Below are positions 1-8,688 of a DNA stretch of 64,000 bases, in pieces (the stretch's first letter is position 1; each line of letters starts with the position of its first letter). The translations under genes were made by a program, and so were the position numbers. The notes under the pieces were generated by a model, which saw nothing but the letters and a program-made list of their open reading frames with translations, was not told the DNA's origin and made no database searches. Origin of the DNA: Bacteroidales bacterium (GTDB taxonomy: Bacteria > Bacteroidota > Bacteroidia > Bacteroidales > BM520); the NCBI GenBank assembly GCA_028707815.1, contig JAQWAE010000010.1, forward strand, positions 1,173-65,172, in the 5' to 3' direction.

Positions 1-3000
1 CAGTCGGTTCAATATTAAAATACAAATTACGTCTGATATTAAGATCTTGTGTATTAACTGTAGTATTAGAATAAAGGTTGTCAACAGTTAATCCGCCTGT
101 AATCAAAGCATTACCTTGTCCATAAACAGCATATTCAGTAGAAGCTGAGCCATAATAACCTAAAGCACCGAACACGCCGGATTTACGAGCGCCGTAAACG
201 GCAGCGTTGTCGTTAGCTGCTTTATAATAACCTAAAGCGCCTTTAATTTCCATTGTTCCTGCAGGAGCATATCGACCTGCAACAGCAGCTTTTTGTGTAC
301 CATCATTACCTGCTATAACAGCTTGGAAATCTGTTGTGTTAGCTGTGAGAATAGAAGTATTGGCATTTGTAATGTCACCATCAACATAGATAGCTGTTTG
401 ACCGGCTGTTAAATCACCACCGAGAACCATGAAAGGTTTATCTTTAGCTAATTCAATCTTGTTACCTCTGTTATAAGCATCTTGCAAATCGAAAGTATCA
501 ATTTGGTTTTGAAGTTCTGTGTCAGCTGCGATACGTGCTGCTTCTTCTGCATCAATATTTGCTTGAAGAGTTTCATCTGCTAAAATACGTGCTGCTTCTT
601 CTGCATCAATATTTGCTTGAAGAGTTTCATCTGCTAAAATACGTGCTGCTGCTTCTGCATCAATATTTGCTTGAAGAGTTTCATCTGCTAAGATACGTGC
701 TGCTTCTTCTGCATCAATATTTGCTTGAAGAGTTTCATCTGCTAAGATACGTGCTGCTGCTTCTGCATCAATATTTGCTTGAAGAGTTTCATCTGCTAAG
801 ATACGTGCTGCTGCTTCTGCATCAATATTTGCTTGAAGAGTTTCATCTGCTAAGATACGTGCTGCTTCTTCTGCATCAATATTTGCTTGAAGATTTTCAT
901 CTGCTAAGATACGTGCTGCTGCTTCTAATTCATCTGCTAAAATACGTGCTGCTGCTTCTGCATCGATATTCTTTTGGAGAATTGTATCACGTTGTTTGCT
1001 TTCGTATTCAACTCTATTGATTTCGGTTGTTAAGAGACCTTGAACTTCCTGTAAATAAGAAGCTGTAGCAATTGCATTGGTTGGGAAATAAATAGTAGCT
1101 GCATCAGCAACAGATGAAGCCACATCATTTATTAATTGAGCATTTGGAAAATATACACCGGTATTAGCGTAAACTTCACCATCAAAGTTAGCTTTTGCAG
1201 TAACCTGAAGTTGATTTGTAACAGTTTGACCGTTAATTTTTGCATTACCTACAGAATAAACGCCATAAGGTGTTCCATCAACAATAGCACCTAAAGCTGC
1301 ATATACTGTTTTAGTTGCGCCTAACACACCTGCATAATCAAAATTAGCAGGATTTACCAGACTTGTACTTCTGGCACCTAAATAAGCTGCAACGCTATTA
1401 ACACCATTATTAGCTTCTGCAGAAATAATAGATGCAGAACCACCGTCTAATGTACCTTCTACATAGAAAGCAGCTTTACCGTCACTGATGTCGCCACCAA
1501 CGATATTCAAAGTTTTGGTTTCACCTGCTTTAGCACCGTCGTCTAAAACGATAGTATTACCTCTGTCATAAGCATATTGAAGATCGATACCTTCTACAAC
1601 ACCTGTTAAAGTTGTAAGATCACCTTCTACAGTTGTTAATCTTCCGTCAATTGCAGTAATTTGACCTTGGAGAACTGCATCTCCTTCGATGCGTGCTTCT
1701 TCTTCTGCATCAATATTTGCTTGAAGAGTCTCATCTGCTAAAATACGTGCTGCTTCTTCTGCATCAATATTTGCTTGAAGAGTTTCATCTGCTAAAATAC
1801 GTGCTGCTTCTTCTGCATCAATATTTGCTTGAAGAGTTTCATCTGCTAAAATACGTGCTGCTTCTTCTGCATCAATATTTGCTTGAAGAGTTTCATCTGC
1901 TGCGATACGTGCTGCTGCTTCTGCAGCAATATTTTCTTGAAGAATATTAGTAATATTCTTAACTGCTGTAGCAGAAACGAGTTTATTATCTTCAACTGTC
2001 GGTATGTCAGCAACGTTAGTATAAACGCCGGTACCGCTAATAGTAGCGTTAAATGTAACAGGAGCACTTTCGGTAAATGTAACCGGTTTAATGAAGTTAG
2101 CTTCATCACGATTAGCATAGAAAGAATAATCTGTTCCGTTTTCACCTGCATATAAGTTAGAAGCATAGAGGTTAGCTGCTGTTCTTACATCACCTGCAAA
2201 ATAAGATTCACCTTTAACGGTTAAGATAGTACCGGAAGCATTATCGTTACCTACGGTTAAAGTTTGAGTAATATTGCCGGAAACTGCAGTAATGTTACCA
2301 TTGGTTATTGTAACGTTTCTGCCACCTGCGTTAGTAAATTTAGCATCGCCATAGAAATAACCTGCATAAGTAGTGCTATTTTCATCTTTATAACCTAAAG
2401 CACCTTTAACAGCACCTGTTATACCTTCAACTGCGCCGTTACCTGCTGTCATATCACCTGCGTCTGTAACAACTAAGCCAAGACCGTTAACTGTAATGTC
2501 ATTACCTCTGTTATAAGCATATTGAAGATCGATACCTCCAACTGTGTTTGTTAAGTTAGCAAGACCTGATTGGAGATTATCAATTTCACCTTCTGCTGTT
2601 GTAACTCTACCTTCAAGAGCGTTGAAAGTAGCATTAGTTACAAAATTATCATCAACATAATTTGTTAAATCTGTTAATTTTCCATCTACTTCATCTTTAG
2701 TATAATAGTTATCTAAAGCACCAACAGTAACATAACCTGCCAATAAATCATCAACTTGAACAGCTGTATAATAATCATCTAAAGTAGCTGTAGTAACATA
2801 ACCTTCCAATAAAGTATTAACTTGGCCCATAGTATAATAATTATCTAACAAACCGTTCATATTACTAATTTCGCTTTCGAGAACACTCTTAAGGTTTTCG
2901 AGAGCAGCAACGGTAGGAATAGTTTGGGTAAGATCCCATGTAGCATTTTCCACAGGATAAACATTGGTAACATACTGTACCATATCGTTACCAAGTTTCA

Positions 3001-3628
3001 AAGAAACGACTTCAGCTGAGTTAGCTTTGAGAGTTCCGTTAATAGCGTAAAGGCTGCCATCGAGAGCGATGTTTTTATTAACGTAGAGTCCGCCGTAAGG
3101 GATACGGAGAGCACCTGCTGTATAATCTTCACTTGTAGGATTAGCAGTACCATTAACAACTAAAGAATTTTTTGCTGTAATAGTATTAGCAACTATAGCA
3201 TCAAAATCTGTTAAATTTAAAGCAACAACTTCGCCATTAACAGTAAGTTTTTTCGTTTCGTTGTTCCAAACCACGTTCATTGCTTTTTCAGCAAAAGGAA
3301 CGGCATTTAAAGCTTGGGTAGCAACAATTTCGGTTGCATCGTCAAATGTCATTTTAACGTAAACGACATCACCCGGTTGCAATGTGGTAAAGTTAACATT
3401 GTTACAAATAACTGCGTTAACAACACCCTCCACGTCTGTAAACGTGGTAGCAGTGTAAGTGGTGCCATCCATGGACCATTCTACTGCTGTTACCGCGGCA
3501 TCACTTTTGTAAGCTGCCTGGTAATTCAATCCTGCGCTTTGAGCAAAAGCACTTAAACCCATTCCTGCTATCAAAATTATAGCTAAAGAGAAACGAGTTA
3601 ACGAATTCAGTAAATCTTTTCTTTTCAT
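1..3628 (-). CDS. Large secreted repeat-rich surface protein, N-terminal part only (gene runs off the window start). Architecture is tail-fibre or fibrous-adhesin-like.
   Basis: ATG at 3628-3626 gives MKRKDLLNSLTRFSLAIILIAGMGLSAFAQS, a signal peptide. I checked the same frame by hand at 1619-1693 (RIEGDAVLQGQITAIDGRLTTVEGD) and at 533-589 (RILADETLQANIDAEEAAR). No competing long ORF lies in 2170-3310. It is probably absent from the ORF track because no stop lies in the window. Confidence 0.75.
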   Translation of the reverse strand, partial: MKRKDLLNSLTRFSLAIILIAGMGLSAFAQSAGLNYQAAYKSDAAVTAVEWSMDGTTYTATTFTDVEGVVNAVICNNVNFTTLQPGDVVYVKMTFDDATEIVATQALNAVPFAEKAMNVVWNNETKKLTVNGEVVALNLTDFDAIVANTITAKNSLVVNGTANPTSEDYTAGALRIPYGGLYVNKNIALDGSLYAINGTLKANSAEVVSLKLGNDMVQYVTNVYPVENATWDLTQTIPTVAALENLKSVLESEISNMNGLLDNYYTMGQVNTLLEGYVTTATLDDYYTAVQVDDLLAGYVTVGALDNYYTKDEVDGKLTDLTNYVDDNFVTNATFNALEGRVTTAEGEIDNLQSGLANLTNTVGGIDLQYAYNRGNDITVNGLGLVVTDAGDMTAGNGAVEGITGAVKGALGYKDENSTTYAGYFYGDAKFTNAGGRNVTITNGNITAVSGNITQTLTVGNDNASGTILTVKGESYFAGDVRTAANLYASNLYAGENGTDYSFYANRDEANFIKPVTFTESAPVTFNATISGTGVYTNVADIPTVEDNKLVSATAVKNITNILQENIAAEAAARIAADETLQANIDAEEAARILADETLQANIDAEEAARILADETLQANIDAEEAARILADETLQANIDAEEEARIEGDAVLQGQITAIDGRLTTVEGDLTTLTGVVEGIDLQYAYDRGNTIVLDDGAKAGETKTLNIVGGDISDGKAAFYVEGTLDGGSASIISAEANNGVNSVAAYLGARSTSLVNPANFDYAGVLGATKTVYAALGAIVDGTPYGVYSVGNAKINGQTVTNQLQVTAKANFDGEVYANTGVYFPNAQLINDVASSVADAATIYFPTNAIATASYLQEVQGLLTTEINRVEYESKQRDTILQKNIDAEAAARILADELEAAARILADENLQANIDAEEAARILADETLQANIDAEAAARILADETLQANIDAEAAARILADETLQANIDAEEAARILADETLQANIDAEAAARILADETLQANIDAEEAARILADETLQANIDAEEAARIAADTELQNQIDTFDLQDAYNRGNKIELAKDKPFMVLGGDLTAGQTAIYVDGDITNANTSILTANTTDFQAVIAGNDGTQKAAVAGRYAPAGTMEIKGALGYYKAANDNAAVYGARKSGVFGALGYYGSASTEYAVYGQGNALITGGLTVDNLYSNTTVNTQDLNIRRNLYFNIEPT
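520..990 (-). repeat. Tandem array of about 8.5 units of a 54-bp repeat. It encodes the 18-aa unit ILADETLQANIDAE(E/A)AAR inside the surface-protein gene.
   Basis: The string atacgtgctgc recurs at 532, 586, 640, 694 and onward (period 54). Units differ mainly at gcttcttc versus gctgcttc (Glu/Ala) and at a silent a/g. One shortened unit sits near 910-945. Confidence 0.9.
1690..1945 (-). repeat. Second tandem array (about 4.7 units) of the same 54-bp / 18-aa repeat in the same gene
   Basis: Units are nearly identical in sequence to the 520-990 array, with the same period and frame. Confidence 0.9.
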
Positions 3629-3901
3629 GATTTAATTTTTTTGGTTTAATAATAATTTAATTGTTTTTTAATTTTAAATTTATTTCATAATTAATTAATG
3701 CAGGTTTTACCCTGCCGTGAAAACTAATAAAAAGCGTTACGTTTTAGCAAATGATGATTTATTACATAAAACTCATAATAGTTTAAAATACAAAACACCG
3801 AAATGTTCTTTCAAACAATCATTACTTTTTATCTCAACTATTTTAAAATCAGCTACAAAGAACTGTTAGTAGACTTTCAATTTGCGTTATTTTTTACTCT
3901 A

Positions 3902-3909
3902 CAAAGATA
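3902..3909 (-). promoter_or_regulatory. Candidate Bacteroidota -7 box (TAtcTTTG on the minus strand) far upstream of the surface-protein gene
   Basis: The plus strand reads CAAAGATA. It lies about 270 nt upstream of the ATG at 3628. T8, T8 and T7 tracts sit just upstream at 3932-3980. Confidence 0.3.
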
Positions 3910-4176
3910 AACTAAAAAATTATAATGACAATTTTTTTTCATCATTTTTTTTCTAATTTTATCATATATATTCTTTTTTTAAATATTTATTTTATATCAC
4001 ATTGATTTTCAATAACTTGCAAAAACGCCCTCTTTTATTTTCCAGCCAACCGACAGTTTATTAACAAATATTGACAACAATACAAATTGCTGATTTACAG
4101 CTGTTTAACATTTGTTAATAACAAGTTTTTAACATCAAGCGGTTGAAAACTAAAACACATCTTTTAAAAACACACC

Positions 4177-5802
4177 TTATATATTATTATGTTCACTACG
4201 ATAATATTTAATCTTAGGCTCGGTACCCGAAGGGCGAACCGACAGTTTAGTACCGTCTTCAAGGAAAAACTGCAACACATCAGAAACAGGCATATCTATA
4301 TCTTTAACTGTACCATCTACATAATTAGTTGCCTTAAGCATTTGATAATCACGTATTTCAACAACTTTTTTACCTTCCATTTCCTTAGGCGGGTTATTGC
4401 GATAATCTGCCATCATAGCCTTTATTTCAGCTGCGCCGTCTTTACCTTTTTTAACTACCGAGGTCATACTTTCCGTATAACGTCCAAATTTGTCATATAT
4501 AGCTTCAAGCATATCTAGCAGGCTCATATTTTTATCTTTAGCCCAAGCCGCAGCTTCAGCGAGGAGGCAAGAAGACATAATAGAATCTTTATCTCTCACA
4601 AAATCGCCACATAAATAGCCATAGCTTTCCTCTCCGCCGACAAGGAATTTCATTTTCCCTTCATATTTCCGTATTACAGATGCAATATATTTAAAACCCG
4701 TCAAGCACTCAAACACCTCTATACCTTCAGATTTTGCGATGTCGTTTAGCAGGTCGGTAGTAACGATAGTTTTTACTATGTAATAAGGTAAAGTATTAGG
4801 TTTTCTATTTTTGATAATATAATAAAAGAGAATAGCGGCGGTTTGGTTGCCGTTAAGTAGTTGGTATTCGCCTGTTTTATTTTTAACAGCCAATCCGATT
4901 CTGTCGGCATCGGGGTCAGTAGCGATAATAAAATCGGCATTTACTTTTTTAGCGAGGCGAATAGCATATTCGAAAGCCGTACCTTCTTCGGGGTTAGGAG
5001 ATTTCACTGTGGGGAAATTTCCGTCAGGCACGCATTGTTCTTCCACGAGGGAAATATTTTTAAAGCCGTACATTGCAAGGGCTTTCGGCACCAATTTAAT
5101 ACCGGTACCGTGTAGAGGCGTATAGACGATAGACATATTGCCGTTACGTTCCACTGCATCTCTATGCAACGACAGTTCGTATACCTTATTTAAATATACG
5201 TTATCTATATTTTCACCTATTATATTAATAAGGTCTTTATTTCTTTTAAAATTTACGGAAGTTATAGATTTAATATTATTAACCTCCTCAATAATTTTAA
5301 CGTCGTGGGGAGCTATAATCTGGGCACCGTCTTCCCAATACACTTTATATCCGTTATATTCTTTCGGATTATGGGAAGCAGTAACCACCACACCGGTTTG
5401 GCATTTAAGATAGCGTACTGCAAAAGAGAGTTCCGGTGTTGGTCGCATATCATCGAACAGATATACTTTAATACCGTTAGCCGACAAAACATCGGCTGTA
5501 ATATTGGCAAACAGGGTGCTATTATTACGGCTGTCGTGAGCTATAGCTGCGGAAATTTGTCGGTTGGGGAAACATTTTTTCAGATAATTAGCCAATCCTT
5601 GGGTTGCCATGCCCACAGTATATTTATTCATTCTGTTTGTACCGACGCCCATAATACCGCGTAAACCGCCGGTACCAAATTCAAGATTACGATAAAAAGC
5701 ATCTACGAGTTCATCATTATTTTTGTCGATAAGAGTTTGCACCTCTTTTCTTGTCTCGTCGTCAAATTCGGGAGACAACCATTGTTTTGCATTTTCAATC
5801 AT
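4177..5802 (-). CDS. Phosphoglucomutase/phosphomannomutase family (alpha-D-phosphohexomutase)
   Basis: It has the active-site loop GVVVTASHNPKEYNGYKVY and the C-terminal phosphate-binding loop RPSGTEPKIKYY. The N-terminus FGTGGLRG is typical of PgcA-type enzymes. Confidence 0.9.
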   Translation of the reverse strand: MIENAKQWLSPEFDDETRKEVQTLIDKNNDELVDAFYRNLEFGTGGLRGIMGVGTNRMNKYTVGMATQGLANYLKKCFPNRQISAAIAHDSRNNSTLFANITADVLSANGIKVYLFDDMRPTPELSFAVRYLKCQTGVVVTASHNPKEYNGYKVYWEDGAQIIAPHDVKIIEEVNNIKSITSVNFKRNKDLINIIGENIDNVYLNKVYELSLHRDAVERNGNMSIVYTPLHGTGIKLVPKALAMYGFKNISLVEEQCVPDGNFPTVKSPNPEEGTAFEYAIRLAKKVNADFIIATDPDADRIGLAVKNKTGEYQLLNGNQTAAILFYYIIKNRKPNTLPYYIVKTIVTTDLLNDIAKSEGIEVFECLTGFKYIASVIRKYEGKMKFLVGGEESYGYLCGDFVRDKDSIMSSCLLAEAAAWAKDKNMSLLDMLEAIYDKFGRYTESMTSVVKKGKDGAAEIKAMMADYRNNPPKEMEGKKVVEIRDYQMLKATNYVDGTVKDIDMPVSDVLQFFLEDGTKLSVRPSGTEPKIKYYRSEHNNI

Positions 5803-5831
5803 AAATGAAAAAATTATTATTAACGGGAGCG

Positions 5832-6683
5832 TTAATCTTCGCCAAGTATATCAGCCAAGCATAAGTTTATCCTACTTTCAATAGGTTTTATACCTACGTT
5901 GTACATACGTTCCACTTTAGAAGTATCAAGTACGCTATACAAAGGGCGTTTTGCTTCTTGCGGATAAGACTGTACCTCCTTAATTGTGCAGGAGCATTTC
6001 AATCTTTCTTTCACGAGCATTGCAAGTTGCGCCCAACTCATGGCGTGTTTATTTGCAAAATTAAGAACAACAGGCTCATAACCTTCTTTTCCTATCAATC
6101 TGACGATAAGATTAGCCAAATCAGGCGCATACGTGAAGCGGGATATCTGCGTATTTACGACAGATATTTCGCTTTGTGTAAGCATTTTTTCGGCAATATT
6201 TTTGACAAAATTACTTCCAAACTCCGAAACCAAGCCTGAAACACGAATAATAAAGCCGGAGGTTTTGCATGTTCTTATAGCTTCCTCACCCTTAAGTTTA
6301 GTTATACCATAATAATTAATCGGATTAGGAACAACTGTTTCTGTATAAGGAGTTGTCGTTTCACCATCAAAAACATAGTCGGTAGAAATATGAAACAGCA
6401 CTTTACCTTTACTTTTTACAACTTCAGCAATTACAGCAGGTGCTTCTACATTAATTTTATAGCAAATATCTTTATCGTTTTCAGCTGCATCAACAGCAGT
6501 ATAAGCTGCACAATTAACAACTATGTCAAAATTTGTTTTATAAAGATAATCAGACAAAGCTTGTTTGTCACAAAAATCAATATCATCTTTATCGACAAAC
6601 GTCCAAGAATATATATAATTCTTAGCAATTTTCCTAAACGAAGAGCCCAATTGCCCATTAGCACCAAAAACCAGAATATTCAT
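5832..6683 (-). CDS. rfbD: dTDP-4-dehydrorhamnose reductase
   Basis: It has the Rossmann motif MNILVFGANGQLG, STDYVFDG, and a YxxxK motif (YGITKLKGE). I prefer the start at 6683 because a -7 box at 6700-6707 lies inside the longer ORF, which starts at 6722. Confidence 0.85.
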   Translation of the reverse strand: MNILVFGANGQLGSSFRKIAKNYIYSWTFVDKDDIDFCDKQALSDYLYKTNFDIVVNCAAYTAVDAAENDKDICYKINVEAPAVIAEVVKSKGKVLFHISTDYVFDGETTTPYTETVVPNPINYYGITKLKGEEAIRTCKTSGFIIRVSGLVSEFGSNFVKNIAEKMLTQSEISVVNTQISRFTYAPDLANLIVRLIGKEGYEPVVLNFANKHAMSWAQLAMLVKERLKCSCTIKEVQSYPQEAKRPLYSVLDTSKVERMYNVGIKPIESRINLCLADILGED

Positions 6684-6699
6684 TAAAAATAATTTTCCG

Positions 6700-6707
6700 C
6701 AAAGATA
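6700..6707 (-). promoter_or_regulatory. Bacteroidota-type -7 promoter box (TAtcTTTG) for rfbD
   Basis: The plus strand reads CAAAGATA, 17 nt upstream of the ATG at 6683. Confidence 0.5.
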
Positions 6708-6771
6708 TAATATTTTTTTCAATTACAAAAAATTAACAATGATTTTTTCAACAAAAAGTTTAGAGAAAGGA

Positions 6772-6790
6772 GGGCGTATAGCATACGCCC
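6772..6790. repeat. GC-rich palindrome GGGCGTAT-agc-ATACGCCC (module copy M1)
   Basis: Perfect 8-bp arms with a 3-nt loop. Related copies lie at 8644-8664 and 9722-9744. Confidence 0.85.
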
Positions 6791-6831
6791 CGTTTAATTC
6801 GTTTCTACCGAGCTTATGTTCGTCCGGCAGG

Positions 6832-6944
6832 TCAATTATCCATTGTTCATTATCCATTATCCATTATCCATTGTTCATTATCCATTATCCATTGTTCATT
6901 ATCCATTATCCATTATCCATTGTTCATTATCCATTATTCATTGC
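6832..6944. repeat. Heptanucleotide tandem repeat (about 16 units of CCATTAT / CCATTGT / TCATTAT) in the divergent rfbD / AAA-ATPase intergenic region
   Basis: Read directly as tcaattat ccattgt tcattat ccattat ccattat ccattgt and onward. This explains the artefactual IIHYPLF ORF at 6739..6969. Confidence 0.9.
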
Positions 6945-7065
6945 CCGTCAACGCTTTAACACAAATTAACCATTCGGTATGGTAACGTTTTTCTGTTTTT
7001 TACGATATATATGAAAGAAAATAATTTCATATTTATATTTAATAACATAAAAACATTACCTTTGC

Positions 7066-8640
7066 ATGGAAATAAATGACGAAGACGTGAAATATCCGGT
7101 TGGAATACAGAATTTTGAGAGTCTATTAAGAGACGACTATGTTTATGTTGATAAAACAGCATTAATATATCGGCTTGCAAACACAGGCAGGTATTATTTT
7201 CTCAGTCGTCCGCGGCGTTTTGGCAAGAGCCTGCTGTTGTCTACCTTAGAAGCCTATTTCAGCGGCATGAAAAAGCTTTTCAAAGGGCTTGCAATAGAAA
7301 CGCTTGAAACGAAATGGACTGTGTATCCGGTGTTGTATCTGGATTTAAATACAGGAAAATATGACCAAAAAGAAAAACTTGACGAAGTTTTAGATAATTA
7401 CTTAACGTATTGGGAATCGTTATATGGAACATCTTCATCTGAATACAGTCTTGAAATACGTTTTAAAGAAATTATTAAGCTAGCCTACGAAAAAACCGGT
7501 CAGCAGGTAGTCGTCCTTGTAGATGAATACGATAAACCACTGCTTCAAGCAATCACGAATAAGGATTTACAGACAGAATATCGTAACACTTTAAAAGCAT
7601 TTTATTCCGTCCTCAAAACGCATGACAAATATATCAAATTTGCATTCATTACCGGTGTCACAAAATTCAGTAAAATCAGCATTTTCAGCGACTTGAATAA
7701 TCTTATGGATATTTCTATGGACAAACGTTATCAGACGATTTGCGGCATAACCGAAGCCGAAATACACGAGTATTTTGAAGAATCACTGCACGAGGTCGCC
7801 GAAGAAAATAAAATGTCTTATGAAGAGACTTGTGCACAGTTACAACTAATGTATGACGGTTATCATTTTGTGGAAGATGGGATAGGTATTTATAATCCGT
7901 TTAGTTTACTTCTAACCTTACGGACTCAAAAATTTGGCAGCTACTGGTTTGAAACCGGCACGCCGTCATTCCTCGTGGAACTGCTTAGAAAAGACGATTA
8001 TTCATTGCCCAAACTTACCGAAGAAGAAGCGACCGGAGATGTCCTTTACAGCATTGATTCGCTGTCACTGAGTCCGATACCGATAATGTATCAGAGCGGT
8101 TATCTGACAATAAAGGGTTATGATAAACGTTTTAAAATTTATAAACTTGGTTTTCCCAATAAAGAAGTAGAAGAAGGTTTTATTAAATATATTGTGCCGT
8201 TTTATGTTCATATTAAAAGGAATGAGATGTCTTCATTCTTTGTCATCAATTTTATTAAGGATGTGGAAAGTGGTAAACCGGAAGACTTTATGAAGCGCAT
8301 GTCGGCATTAATGTCCGATACGGATTACAAGATAGTCGGCAATTCGGAGTTGTATTTTCAGAATGTGTTCTATCTGATAATGAAGATGATGGGCTTTTAC
8401 ACTACTGTCGAGCGACCAACAAGCGAGAGCCGTATGGACATGATTATCAAGACGAAAGACTACATTTACATCCTCGAATTTAAGTTAGACGGCAATGCTG
8501 AAGATGCTCTTCGCCAGATAGAAGAGAAGGGTTATGCGAAGCCTTTTGCCATGGACAGCCGCAAGTTGTTCAAGATAGGCGTAAATTTCGATACGAAGAA
8601 ACGCTGTATCGGCGAGTGGAAAATGGTTGAAAAGTCATAG
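7066..8640 (+). CDS. AAA-ATPase-like domain protein with a C-terminal PD-(D/E)XK nuclease-like domain (family common in Bacteroidales)
   Basis: The N-terminus YPVGIQNFESLLRDDYVYVDKTALI plus the Walker A-like RPRRFGKSLL and VLVDEYDKPL is the characteristic AAA-ATPase_like signature. The C-terminal RMDMII..YILEFKLDG resembles a PD-(D/E)XK core. Confidence 0.8.
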   Translation: MEINDEDVKYPVGIQNFESLLRDDYVYVDKTALIYRLANTGRYYFLSRPRRFGKSLLLSTLEAYFSGMKKLFKGLAIETLETKWTVYPVLYLDLNTGKYDQKEKLDEVLDNYLTYWESLYGTSSSEYSLEIRFKEIIKLAYEKTGQQVVVLVDEYDKPLLQAITNKDLQTEYRNTLKAFYSVLKTHDKYIKFAFITGVTKFSKISIFSDLNNLMDISMDKRYQTICGITEAEIHEYFEESLHEVAEENKMSYEETCAQLQLMYDGYHFVEDGIGIYNPFSLLLTLRTQKFGSYWFETGTPSFLVELLRKDDYSLPKLTEEEATGDVLYSIDSLSLSPIPIMYQSGYLTIKGYDKRFKIYKLGFPNKEVEEGFIKYIVPFYVHIKRNEMSSFFVINFIKDVESGKPEDFMKRMSALMSDTDYKIVGNSELYFQNVFYLIMKMMGFYTTVERPTSESRMDMIIKTKDYIYILEFKLDGNAEDALRQIEEKGYAKPFAMDSRKLFKIGVNFDTKKRCIGEWKMVEKS

Positions 8641-8643
8641 ACA

Positions 8644-8688
8644 GGGGCGTATCGCATACGCCCCTACATACGCCATTATTCATTATCC
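8644..8688. repeat. Palindrome GGGGCGTAT-cgc-ATACGCCCC followed by catacgcc and 2-3 heptamers (module copy M2, same orientation as M1)
   Basis: The 9-bp arms lie at 8644-8652 and 8656-8664, followed by ccattat tcattat cc. The module sits between the convergent stops at 8640 and 8676 and overlaps the last codons of the TPR gene. Confidence 0.85.

Noticed and set aside
535-1020. Plus-strand ORF encoding LLLLHQYLLEEFHLL repeats (and its twin at 1693..1950)
   Set aside because: It is the antisense reading of the 54-bp repeat arrays. It starts at a non-ATG codon and has leucine-only low complexity. The minus-strand frame continues from a signal-peptide start at 3628.
520-1945. Possible CRISPR array, because of regularly spaced identical repeats
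   Set aside because: The units are directly abutting with a 54-bp period and no unique spacers. They are in-frame coding repeats, and there are no cas genes in the window.
6739-6969. 76-aa ORF with IIHYPLF repeats
   Set aside because: It is a translation artefact of the heptanucleotide tandem repeat, and the region is intergenic.
7057-7064. TAccTTTG box as promoter of the AAA-ATPase gene
   Set aside because: It ends 1 nt before the ATG at 7066, so a transcript initiated from it would begin downstream of the start codon. This is either coincidence or the real start is further downstream, so I did not call it.
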